Source: a virus (lineage: Duplodnaviria; Heunggongvirae; Uroviricota; Caudoviricetes). From it: DNA of 64,000 nucleotides. Position numbers and translations under genes: made by a program. The stretch lies in IMG/VR virus record IMGVR_UViG_3300032007_000002. One strand, given 5' to 3'. Positions 48,723 to 57,800 of the stretch are shown here, in pieces; the first letter of the stretch is position 1; each line of letters begins with the position of its first letter. Under the pieces are notes generated by a model. It was not told the DNA's origin, ran no database searches, and was given only the letters and a program-made list of their open reading frames with translations.

Positions 48723-51700
48723 TTAGGTTGCTGAGTGGATGTTGCGGATGGACATGAAGATACGGGCCGTGTCGATGTCCTCACTGCCCTCGGTGGAGCT
48801 CAATGTCCCGAGATACTGCGCGAATGTTGCGTCGGTAAGGTTGTTGATGCTGCCGCCGGTCAAGTTTTCCAGGTTTGGCCTATGGAGCGTAAGCCGCGGG
48901 ACGCCGTTGCACGTCGCGTTGTACCCGCCACATCCGTAAAGGCCGTGCATTGCCGGGGTATTTCCACCAGAGTCCTGCTTGCAGATGAGCGCGGTGTAGT
49001 AGAGCTTGTCGGAATACAGCTTGCTGTGCGTTTCGCTGATATTGCCCGACGGTATGGTGAGTTCGCGGAAGGCGGACACCGATGGGCTTGACTGCGCGAA
49101 GTCGCTGCAGTTATGGAAATTGGTGTGGCAAACGAGCGCGATGCTGTTTGGGCTATCCAAGTCGAACTCGTAGATGGCGAGTGCGAACTTGCCTGCCGTT
49201 CCTGGCTGGCGGAGATAGAACCCCATCTTGGCACCTGCCTTGATTTCCTGTGACATGACCGGCGTGAACAGGGTTCCGAAGAACACGCCGTTTCCGAACC
49301 ATGCCAGGTTGGAACCGCCGAGATCGTAGGAATTGTGGATTTCCGAGAACGACATGTTGGTGATGATGCGTTCGTCGATTGTCGTCTGCGTTTCTTTTGC
49401 AATTTCGACCGCTTCCTGCGCCGAACCTTCGAGAACGACCGATACGCCGTCGGTCGGGTCGATAATGATTCCGCCCCCTGCCTTCACCTTTATTTGCAGG
49501 TTGTTGTTGCCGTCGGTTTCGAGACCCTTGCCGACGTTTACGTTGATGTTATGGTCGTTTGCGTCGACGGTCGTCGCGATACCGCTGTTGTACTGGGTGC
49601 TCTGGGAGCTGTCGTATTCTGCGGTGCCGGACATGTATTCCTTCACTGCGATACGCGGGAACACGAGGATGTTGTCGCCGGTAGTCGAGTAGTCACCGGC
49701 ATAGGTGAGCATGTAGCCATGATACACCTTGCCGTTGATGGTGAAGTCCTTACCGGAGTTGTTGGAGATTGTCACCGTGCCCGTGAGCGAGCACATGCCG
49801 ACTTCTGCCGGGTATGACATGTGGTGAAGTTCCAAACTTTCGTTGGAACTGCCGGAGAGCACGCGCTGGACGGAGATGTCGCCGAACCCGTAGAACCCTG
49901 TGCTCGGGGTGCGTTCAAGACGAACGTCGTAAGTGAGCTCGAAGAGGTCAACGCCGTCAACGCCGTCGTTCAGCTGCGGGTCGGAGTTCGGGATGGTCTT
50001 GAGCGCGAACACGCACATCTTGTGGGTGTTCGGGTCTTCGGCAAACAGGAACCTGCCGTTGGCGGAGTCCAGCTTTATTACCATTGAATCGGTGATGAGG
50101 TTGGTCGAGTGGGCGGAGACATTGATGACGCCGGCGTCACCCCCGAGATAGCCGATTGCATGGTCGAGGGAAACTTCGAAGTCCTTTGCGCCGGTGTAGT
50201 CGGTGTATTCGGTCACGGAAACGCCGCGGCCCGCGCTGACGGAGACCGGGACTGCCTGGGAACCGCCCTGTGCCGAGATTTCCACCTCGTTCGTGTTCGG
50301 GTCCGCGGTAAGGACGACGTTGTTGCCTGCTTTCAGGCGGAGCGTGGACTTTTCGTCGGACGGTTCGATGTCAACTTCGCCCGCCGGGGTTCCGTCCGTA
50401 TCGACGGTGACCTTGGAGAAGTTCTTCAACTCGTCGAGCTTTTCCTTGTCCTCGCCGGTCATGAGGCCTTCCGTATATGTGGTCGAGTCGTTCTCGGTCA
50501 CATGGGAGGCGAGCGGGACTTCGAGCGTCGAGTCGGTGCCCTGGTTGGCGCTGAAAAGGTTGGATGCCGACTGGGCGCTACCGAGCTTGACTTTCAGCTT
50601 GCCGTCGTTGACCTGGAGAGCGTCGAGCTTCTGGTAGTCGGCTGGCGCGATGAGACCTTCCTGGTATGTGGTCGCCCCGCCGTTGGTGCTCTTGCCCATC
50701 GGGACGCTGACGGACACCGGGTCGTTGTCGGCCTGGTTGGCGGAGAAGGTCTGCGCCGCAGCGGTTCCTACCTGGATGGAGAGCGTACCGTCATGGACGT
50801 TCTCCGCCGTCTGCGCGGAACCGGTAATGTTGATTGCGTATGTGTCAGACGGGGTCCCGGTGGTCGGGAGATTGTCCTGCTTGGAAGTGTCGTGCGGGTG
50901 GACGTGGTCCTCGCGCGAGAACGCGGATGATGTGCCTACTGCGCCAACACCGTCCATTAACGGTGTGCTGTTTCCGGCGACCGGGACGACGATGTTTGCA
51001 ATTTTGTCATTGCCAACGACCGTCTGGTTGTTTACCCTGACATCCTGGACCGCGGTGTCGGCCTTTGCGCCCTGTGCCGCGGTGGCGAAGTCGCTTACCT
51101 TTGCGCCGGCATCTTCGATGGAGCCGTCGGCCTTGACCTTCACGAGGTTGCCGGTAGTCGCGTTGGTGAGCTTCTGGATGTAGTTGGAAAGGTCAACGGA
51201 TGTCTCGCCGATGATTTCCCATGAACCCTGTGCGCTGCCTTCCGGGATGGACCAGATCCATTCCGTGTATTTGTCCTTCTTAGTGGACTGAGAAGCCTTC
51301 GTAAGGTAGATGAAGCGCGGGGACGGGTCCTGGACATCGGGAACTTGTGGTTCGGTACTGGTGAGGGGGACAATCTTGAACCCGCCGTAGTTCGCGAGGG
51401 CAAGTTCGATTGCCGTGTTCATCGCGTCCAGTGTCGGGCGGTCGTCGATGGCTTCCTTGATGTTGCGTCCGCTTTCGTCGCCGTATGCGCGGCGTGCGGC
51501 AAATTCCTTGCCCTTGTATGAGAGCCAGAGCGATACTGCGTCCGGCGCTTCGCCGAACACATGGGCGACAATCTGCTGCCAGGAGACGTTGTTGTTCTCG
51601 TCTGCGGAGAGGATGTTGTCCGCGGCCTGCGATGTCGGGAGGGTTCCCGTCACCGTATGCGTGCGCGTACCGGCCTCGGTGATGTGGCCGCTTGCGTCAT

Positions 51701-52373
51701 ACTTGACATAGGGAACTTCGACCGTAGGACCTTCGGTAGCCGTTCCCGTGCCGGTCTGGCCCGGGGAAACGTGGTTTGTGTGCTTGAAGGTGTTCTTGTT
51801 GCCGGACGTGTCCAGCTTTATGCCGTCGGCTGCTTCGTAGGTAGTGTCGGTGATTTCTACACCGGGGATTGCATCGAGATCCGCCGCAGTAACGGCTTCA
51901 TACGCGGAAATGTGTCCCTTGTTGTCACGGGCCACCTTGTAAAGGCCGAGGCCGAACGGATCCGCGGTCGGGTGGATATACTTGTTTGCGCCATCTTCGA
52001 TGCCGTTGAGTTTCTGCGCGTCGTTCGTCCGATATGGGGCCGTGATTTGGCTAAGGATGTCCTGATTTCCGTGCTGGTGGGCCCAGCTTACGGCAGTCTG
52101 GACACCGGACTTGTTGATGCCGGAGTCCGCGAGGTTGCCGTAGGCGTCAAGCATCGCCATCTTGCCGTTGTGGCCAGTTCCGACCTTGTCGGCCTTCTTG
52201 TTCAGCTCGGACGGGTCAACGCCCCCACCGCCACCGCCCATCCATGAGCGGAACTCGTCGAGCGTGACCTTACCGGTAATCTGCATTTGGCTGTCCAGGG
52301 CCACATAGGCGCCCGGTACATACCCGGCCCTCCAAGGCGGTAAATCTTTGATTCGGACTTGTTTCTCTGCCAT
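48723..52373 (-). CDS. long tail fibre protein
   Basis: KL.GIE.GANKY.HP, D..GHI, FAT.AQGAKADTAVQ, P.MDG...VGTS..FSREDHVHP.DTSK fibre motifs; duplicated DG.L...FSANQ repeat. Confidence 0.82.
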   Translation of the reverse strand: MAEKQVRIKDLPPWRAGYVPGAYVALDSQMQITGKVTLDEFRSWMGGGGGGVDPSELNKKADKVGTGHNGKMAMLDAYGNLADSGINKSGVQTAVSWAHQHGNQDILSQITAPYRTNDAQKLNGIEDGANKYIHPTADPFGLGLYKVARDNKGHISAYEAVTAADLDAIPGVEITDTTYEAADGIKLDTSGNKNTFKHTNHVSPGQTGTGTATEGPTVEVPYVKYDASGHITEAGTRTHTVTGTLPTSQAADNILSADENNNVSWQQIVAHVFGEAPDAVSLWLSYKGKEFAARRAYGDESGRNIKEAIDDRPTLDAMNTAIELALANYGGFKIVPLTSTEPQVPDVQDPSPRFIYLTKASQSTKKDKYTEWIWSIPEGSAQGSWEIIGETSVDLSNYIQKLTNATTGNLVKVKADGSIEDAGAKVSDFATAAQGAKADTAVQDVRVNNQTVVGNDKIANIVVPVAGNSTPLMDGVGAVGTSSAFSREDHVHPHDTSKQDNLPTTGTPSDTYAINITGSAQTAENVHDGTLSIQVGTAAAQTFSANQADNDPVSVSVPMGKSTNGGATTYQEGLIAPADYQKLDALQVNDGKLKVKLGSAQSASNLFSANQGTDSTLEVPLASHVTENDSTTYTEGLMTGEDKEKLDELKNFSKVTVDTDGTPAGEVDIEPSDEKSTLRLKAGNNVVLTADPNTNEVEISAQGGSQAVPVSVSAGRGVSVTEYTDYTGAKDFEVSLDHAIGYLGGDAGVINVSAHSTNLITDSMVIKLDSANGRFLFAEDPNTHKMCVFALKTIPNSDPQLNDGVDGVDLFELTYDVRLERTPSTGFYGFGDISVQRVLSGSSNESLELHHMSYPAEVGMCSLTGTVTISNNSGKDFTINGKVYHGYMLTYAGDYSTTGDNILVFPRIAVKEYMSGTAEYDSSQSTQYNSGIATTVDANDHNINVNVGKGLETDGNNNLQIKVKAGGGIIIDPTDGVSVVLEGSAQEAVEIAKETQTTIDERIITNMSFSEIHNSYDLGGSNLAWFGNGVFFGTLFTPVMSQEIKAGAKMGFYLRQPGTAGKFALAIYEFDLDSPNSIALVCHTNFHNCSDFAQSSPSVSAFRELTIPSGNISETHSKLYSDKLYYTALICKQDSGGNTPAMHGLYGCGGYNATCNGVPRLTLHRPNLENLTGGSINNLTDATFAQYLGTLSSTEGSEDIDTARIFMSIRNIHSAT

Positions 52374-52408
52374 ACGGGTATCTGCCTAGCCAGTAAAAGT
52401 TTCGTCCA

Positions 52409-52417
52409 TAGTTTATA
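52409..52417 (-). promoter_or_regulatory. late promoter TATAAACTA
   Basis: Exact motif upstream of the fibre operon. Confidence 0.8.
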
Positions 52418-52438
52418 GTCTGGGCTGCCGGGCAAACG

Positions 52439-52466
52439 AAAAAGCCGACCGTGTTCCGGTCGGCTT
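52439..52466 (-). terminator. intrinsic terminator
   Basis: AAGCCGACCG-n5-CGGTCGGCTT with U-tract on the minus strand. Confidence 0.8.
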
Positions 52467-52486
52467 CATAAGTGGGAATTGCCCTG

Positions 52487-53488
52487 TTAGATGAGGGGCT
52501 GGACCTTGATGCCTGCTGCTTCGCAGAGAGCGATGGCTTCCGGGCCGCTGAGCTTGGCGACGATTGCCTGGTCGATGCCTTCACCCAGGAGTGCCTGCTT
52601 TGCGCCGCGGAACACGCCTGCGAGCTTGCCACCGATACCCTTGTTCTGGCGGAGGGCCTGACGGGTATGGGCAGCGAGAGACTTTGCACGGTCCTTGATG
52701 CCGACGGTGTTCTTGGCAATTTCGGCCTTGTCGAGGGCGGCGAGGTCTTCGTCAACTTCGGGCTTGTTGCTTCCGGCTTCCTTGATCTTCTTGGCAGCCA
52801 ACTGGGACGCGCGGTCTTCGATGACCTTGGCCGTGCTTTCGTCCTTCGGCTTGCCGTCTTCGCCGAAGAGTTCCGGGCGTGCCTTCTTGTACTTTTCGGT
52901 GATTTCGGCGACAGCGTCGGCCTTGATCTTGTTTTCGTCAACTGCCGGCTTGGCTTCGGTGGCCTGGCGTTCCTTGATGCCCTTCACCTTGTCGGTGCGG
53001 GACTTGTTGGCGTCGATGGTCTTCTGGTCGGCTTCGTTCTGTGCGGCTACCTTCTGTTCCTTTTCGGCCTTCTTTGCGTCGGCAGCGGCCTGCTTTACGC
53101 CGGCCTGGTAGTTCTTGAACGCGGTGTTGATGATGAGCTTCGCGTTGTCCTTGTTGGCGTTGAGGATTGCGACAATCTGCTCGACCGGCTTCTTGATGAC
53201 TTCGTTCACGTCGGTGCGGCCTTCTCCGCCGTCGCCTTCGGTCGCTGCCTCGATCAACACCCTTCCGCGGACGAGGTTGATTGATGCGACATCTTGCGGT
53301 GTCTTGGCCTGGCTTTCGCACATGCCGAGATAGTTCATGAACCTTGCGGTGCCGTTAGTCGGCTGAACCCCCTCGAACAGTGCGCCGCCCACAATGCCGG
53401 CGATTGCTTCGAGCTTCTGCTTGTCGGCCGGGTTCTGCGTAAGAGCCTGGAGCTTGCCCATTCCGGCGAAGAAATTCCTTGTATCCAT
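52487..53488 (-). CDS. Lys/Ala-rich helical protein, candidate internal head protein
   Basis: ALFE-G, MCE-S, LIE-A N-terminal sites; own late promoter (53519-53527) and terminator. Confidence 0.65.
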   Translation of the reverse strand: MDTRNFFAGMGKLQALTQNPADKQKLEAIAGIVGGALFEGVQPTNGTARFMNYLGMCESQAKTPQDVASINLVRGRVLIEAATEGDGGEGRTDVNEVIKKPVEQIVAILNANKDNAKLIINTAFKNYQAGVKQAAADAKKAEKEQKVAAQNEADQKTIDANKSRTDKVKGIKERQATEAKPAVDENKIKADAVAEITEKYKKARPELFGEDGKPKDESTAKVIEDRASQLAAKKIKEAGSNKPEVDEDLAALDKAEIAKNTVGIKDRAKSLAAHTRQALRQNKGIGGKLAGVFRGAKQALLGEGIDQAIVAKLSGPEAIALCEAAGIKVQPLI

Positions 53489-53518
53489 TTTAGTCCTCGG
53501 ATGTAGTGTTTTGACCAA

Positions 53519-53553
53519 TAGTTTATAGGTTGGGTCGGAAAATTTCTATATTT
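53519..53553. promoter_or_regulatory. divergent late promoter (-) and host-type -10 box CTATATTT (+)
   Basis: TAGTTTATA 53519-53527; CTATATTT 53546-53553, 6 nt before ATG 53560. Confidence 0.7.
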
Positions 53554-53559
53554 ATGGAC

Positions 53560-54330
53560 ATGAAGTGTGTCATTTTCAATAAGATCGTGTTTCACGACGT
53601 GGCCAGGTGGCTTGAAACGTGGGTGAAGGATGATATTGTGGTCGTTCTGGGCTACCATGCGGCACCGGCGGGCTGTACCATCGAGCATGTCCGTGCGGAC
53701 AACCCGGGAAAGAAGATAGTGGTTTACCAGCTTGAACAGCTTTATGACGGGTCCCCCGTGATTAACGGCAGATGCGGGGACTGGCTCAAGAAGGCAGACG
53801 AGGTGTGGGAGTTCGACCTTGGCAACAAGGCATACATGGAGAAGTATGGGTTCCACCCGAAATACGTCCCGCTTTCGTTTACCGACCGGACGCAGGTAAA
53901 CATGAGGCGCCCGGAGGAGAGGGACATCGACATCCTGTTTGTCGGGTTCCCGTCAACCTACCGACTGCAGATGTTGCAGCTGATGATGTCGCGCTTCCAG
54001 TATCGGTTCACTACGATTTTGGGGACCGGCGTGTCGGGCTTGATGCTGGATGAACTCATTTCCAGGTCCAAGATTTTCTTGAATATCCATGCCAACGAGA
54101 ACTACCACTGCCAGGAGCAGGTCAGGCTGTTCCGCGCAGTTTCTGGTGGCTGCTGTGTCGTTTCGGAGCGCAGCCCGTTCAACGAGTTCGGGAAGTCTAT
54201 CGTCGAGTGCGGCTATCACGAAATTGGGCCGACGTGCCGGGAATTGCTGAAAAGCGGGGACTGGCAGAAGATTGCAATGAACGCGTCAGAAACCTACCGC
54301 GCCCACTGCCAAAACCGCAAGAAGGTTTAG
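53560..54330 (+). CDS. GT-B-like glycosyltransferase
   Basis: DIDILFVG....R, SKIFLNIH, R.F.A...G..VVSE (glycosyltransferase family 1/YkvP-type C-terminus). Confidence 0.75.
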   Translation: MKCVIFNKIVFHDVARWLETWVKDDIVVVLGYHAAPAGCTIEHVRADNPGKKIVVYQLEQLYDGSPVINGRCGDWLKKADEVWEFDLGNKAYMEKYGFHPKYVPLSFTDRTQVNMRRPEERDIDILFVGFPSTYRLQMLQLMMSRFQYRFTTILGTGVSGLMLDELISRSKIFLNIHANENYHCQEQVRLFRAVSGGCCVVSERSPFNEFGKSIVECGYHEIGPTCRELLKSGDWQKIAMNASETYRAHCQNRKKV

Positions 54331-54719
54331 GCTACCGCCCGTTCCTTCGCGAGCTCCTTGGCCTGCTTCTGTGCGGCTATGCGGTCCATGTGCTTCATTA
54401 TCTTGATGAGGGCCATGATTGCATAGCGCCATCCGTGCGCGGAGTCCCGGAGGAAGTGCACCATCGAGTGCGATGTCTCGTTGAGGCAGATGAAGTTTTC
54501 CGGGTGGTCGAGGTTGCAGTAGTTGAGCTCATCCATGTCCAGGTGATGCACAGTGTATTTGCTGTCGAGTTCTGCCCCGGTGACGGGGTCAATGACCTGC
54601 ATCGCCTTGAGTTTCTTACGGAACTTGGTCCACCGGGCAGACGACCTGAACTTGGTCTTCATCTGCTGTGGCTTGCTGAAACGTTTCCGTTTGAATGGCT
54701 TCTTGCATGCAGCGCTCAT
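54327..54719 (-). CDS. HNH-like endonuclease
   Basis: F.SSARW.KFR, VHHLD, NFICLN..SH..VH. Confidence 0.7.
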   Translation of the reverse strand: MSAACKKPFKRKRFSKPQQMKTKFRSSARWTKFRKKLKAMQVIDPVTGAELDSKYTVHHLDMDELNYCNLDHPENFICLNETSHSMVHFLRDSAHGWRYAIMALIKIMKHMDRIAAQKQAKELAKERAVA

Positions 54720-54766
54720 AATCACCGCTCGGCTGTTCAAGAAAAGTTTAGGATAATTTGGTGCAG

Positions 54767-54796
54767 AAAGGAAAGGCGCCCGCGGTCGCGGACGCC
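54767..54796 (-). terminator. probable intrinsic terminator
   Basis: GC stem GGCGTCCGC/GCGGGCGCC followed by TTTCCTTTC on the minus strand. Confidence 0.6.
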
Positions 54797-54802
54797 ATTT
54801 TC

Positions 54803-57800
54803 TTATTCCAACATGGACGGGGTGACATGCCCGATCGGGTGGTCCTCGCCTCCGGTGCGTGCCATCAGGCGGCCTCCGGTTTCTCCTCCCGGCAGTGCCC
54901 ACATGAGCGTCGGGGACGTGCGGTCGTCTGTCGGCGAGTGCTGGTCGGGAAGCGCGTAGCGAGTGACGTTGCGTGCCGGCCAGTCGAACATGTTGTAGAG
55001 GCCCGGGCTGCCGATGCTGCCGTCGTCATATCCTTCGAGGCCCGGGATGTCGATTACGCCCTGCTTTCCGAGGGCGCCGGTTGCCGGACGGATATACTTG
55101 CGGACACTCCAGATGTTCGCGTGTTCGACCTTCGACATGTAGTTGACCCCGGCATTATATTCGCCGTTGACATTGCACGGGATATTCAGGCCGATGCCGC
55201 CATCGCTAACCGGCATGTATGGTTTGCGGAGGCGGGCCATGAGGGTTGCCTTCGGGCCGGATGACGCTTCCTTATCCACGTCGTTTGCGAGGTCCGGGTT
55301 GAGGACACCCGTATCGAGGAACGGGTTATCTTTGTAAAGCGCCGGGATGCAGGAGACATGAATGTCCATCGGGGAAATCATTCCGTATGGGACGTATTCC
55401 AGGCCCTTGTATGAGCTTGAAATGTTGTCGCATGCAGAGTTTGCCCAGATTTCGTGCTCGCCTTCCGCTGTCGGGAGCTTTTCGGAAAGTGCCCGGTTGC
55501 CGTAGAGCGGGGTGAGGTAGGTGGACGGGTATTGACGGTAGCCAGTCGTGAGCCAGCGTCCGAGCTTGGCGGAGAACGTAAAGCTCATGTAAACGCGGGT
55601 GTATGTCGCCTGGTCATGGAACTCCGGTTTGAGACCTTCCTGTGCATTGTTGAGCCACATGTAAGGTGCGCTTGACAATGACGAGATTACTCGGTTTTCA
55701 TTGACGGTGAACCAGTCGGCGTTCGGGTCGAACGAGTTGACTGGATCGCTGATGAAGTTGTCGCACACGAAACGGTTCATGCGGTCGCCATCGCTACCCG
55801 CGGAGAGTTCGGCTTCTAGCTTGTAGCGGTCATAAACGTTCTGGTCTTCAATGGTGCCATCATGGACAACGACCCTGCTGGACGAGTAGAACCGGCGCCC
55901 GAACTTGGACTGCTGTAACGGGAGATACGTCTTGATGAGATTGGCGAGCGCACCGGAATTGTCATTCTCGTCCGGCTGGAACTCGGATATGAATGCGGTG
56001 TTGTTATTGTTGCCGGCCCATCCGTATTGCCGGATGACGTCCGCGGGAAGAAGTTCGCGCTGTTCGGAAGTGAGCTGTTCCGCTGTGGATGCGTCGATGA
56101 CCGGCGCCTCCGCGCTGTCGAGAGAAACCATGTCAACGAACGGACAGAAGAACTGCGCCGCGCCATAGTTGCCTGCCGCAGTTTCTATTCTGCGCAGGCT
56201 TTCATCGTAGTCAACTGTCTGCAGGTCGGCGAGACGGCGGAAGTCGTCAAGCATGACTGCGATTGACTTGGTCTTGATGCGGCCGTCGGCGTTCAGCATG
56301 TCGGAAACGACATCTATCAGGATACGGTTGCACGGTTCATACTGGGTTCCCGGCATGCCAATGTCGTCATCGACCGGCGCTTCAATTTCCTTGGGGACGG
56401 AGTAGAGCGTAGCATCCTTGTAGTAGGGCAGATTGTCAATGTAGTCGCGGAACTTTGCGCGGAAACCTTCCCATTTCGGGGAAGCGGAAGCTGCCTCGTA
56501 GTCGAAGAACGCGTTGACAAGCAGTCTGGGCATGGTCTTCGGCTTGAAGAGCCACATGTCGTCGCCGACACCGTCAAGTTCGTATGCTTCGTAGTCGTTT
56601 GTGTCAGTAGTATCGCGATCGAAGAAACCGTCGATTGCCGGGAAGGCGCTTCTCGGTTCAACCCCGACATCAATCGTGGTTCCTTCCGACGAGAACAACG
56701 AATTGTAGTCCAGGCGGAGACGGAGCTTGGAGAAGTCCTCGATTAACTGCTGGTATGCCTTGGCTGCCTGGCGAACCGGGTTGCCGGAAGCGTCGGACAC
56801 GGTGTCCTTGGACGTGGCGGGCATCTTCACGCGGAGACGGTAAGCGATTGCACTTTCGCTGCCGGTCGGGCCCGTATGCCCTGCGCCGTCATCGCGGCTG
56901 TCCGAACCCTTTGCGTAGGTAAGCGGGACATCGTCGGCGCTGAACGCGAGGACACCGTCCTTGTGCGTAATACGGGAGAAGTCATCGAAGTCGCCCGGGT
57001 TCGCGAAGTGGTTTACGAGGTCGTAGTTGGCGTGCCATGCGCGGTCCGTAATCGAATCCGTGCCAGCGTCGGCCCACATCGTCATTGCTTCCGCGATTGA
57101 GTTGAGGCGCTTTCTTCCGCTGAGTTTCCACTGGAACGTATTGGTTGCGCCCTGGAATACCGTGGCGAGTAGGTAACGCTTGTCACCTTCCGGGAAATGC
57201 GTCCGGGTAGTGTCGGTCAGGTCGTCAGAGAGGGAGAAGAAACGGTTGAACTCCTGGAGTTTGCCACTCTCGCCGGTTCCGCCGTCCGGCAACCCGATCA
57301 GGTTTTCGCATCTGGTGCGGAGACCCATGTTCAGCGTTGTCGGCGTTTCGGGGTCGATTTCTTGGTTGAGACGGACAAACACGACGCCACATACGGCGAC
57401 GTTGCCGATGACGAACCGGCGGTCGGAAACGCTCCACGGGAAGTCCCCGTTGACCGTAATCGTGGTCGGGGCCGGGTCTTCATCGCTCGGGTAAGTTTCT
57501 GCCGTGGCTATGCCATCTACCCATGCTTCCGCCGGTTCCGTCGCGGAGTTGGTCAGGTGAACTCGCACCGGGAGGGAGACGCCAGTCACGCTGTCATGGT
57601 CGCCTTCCGTATCCGGGTTATGAACAATCGGTTCCCCGTTCAGGTCGCGGATTGCTTCCGTGGTCTTGAAGGTGAACGAACCCGAACCGATGTTGAGGTC
57701 GGTAATCGGGTAGCGGGTGGTCGAAAATTCCTGGAACCCGCCACACACGTAAACGCGCGGCTGGGCGATGAGCGCATAGTAGCCGCTGAGGTCCTTGACA

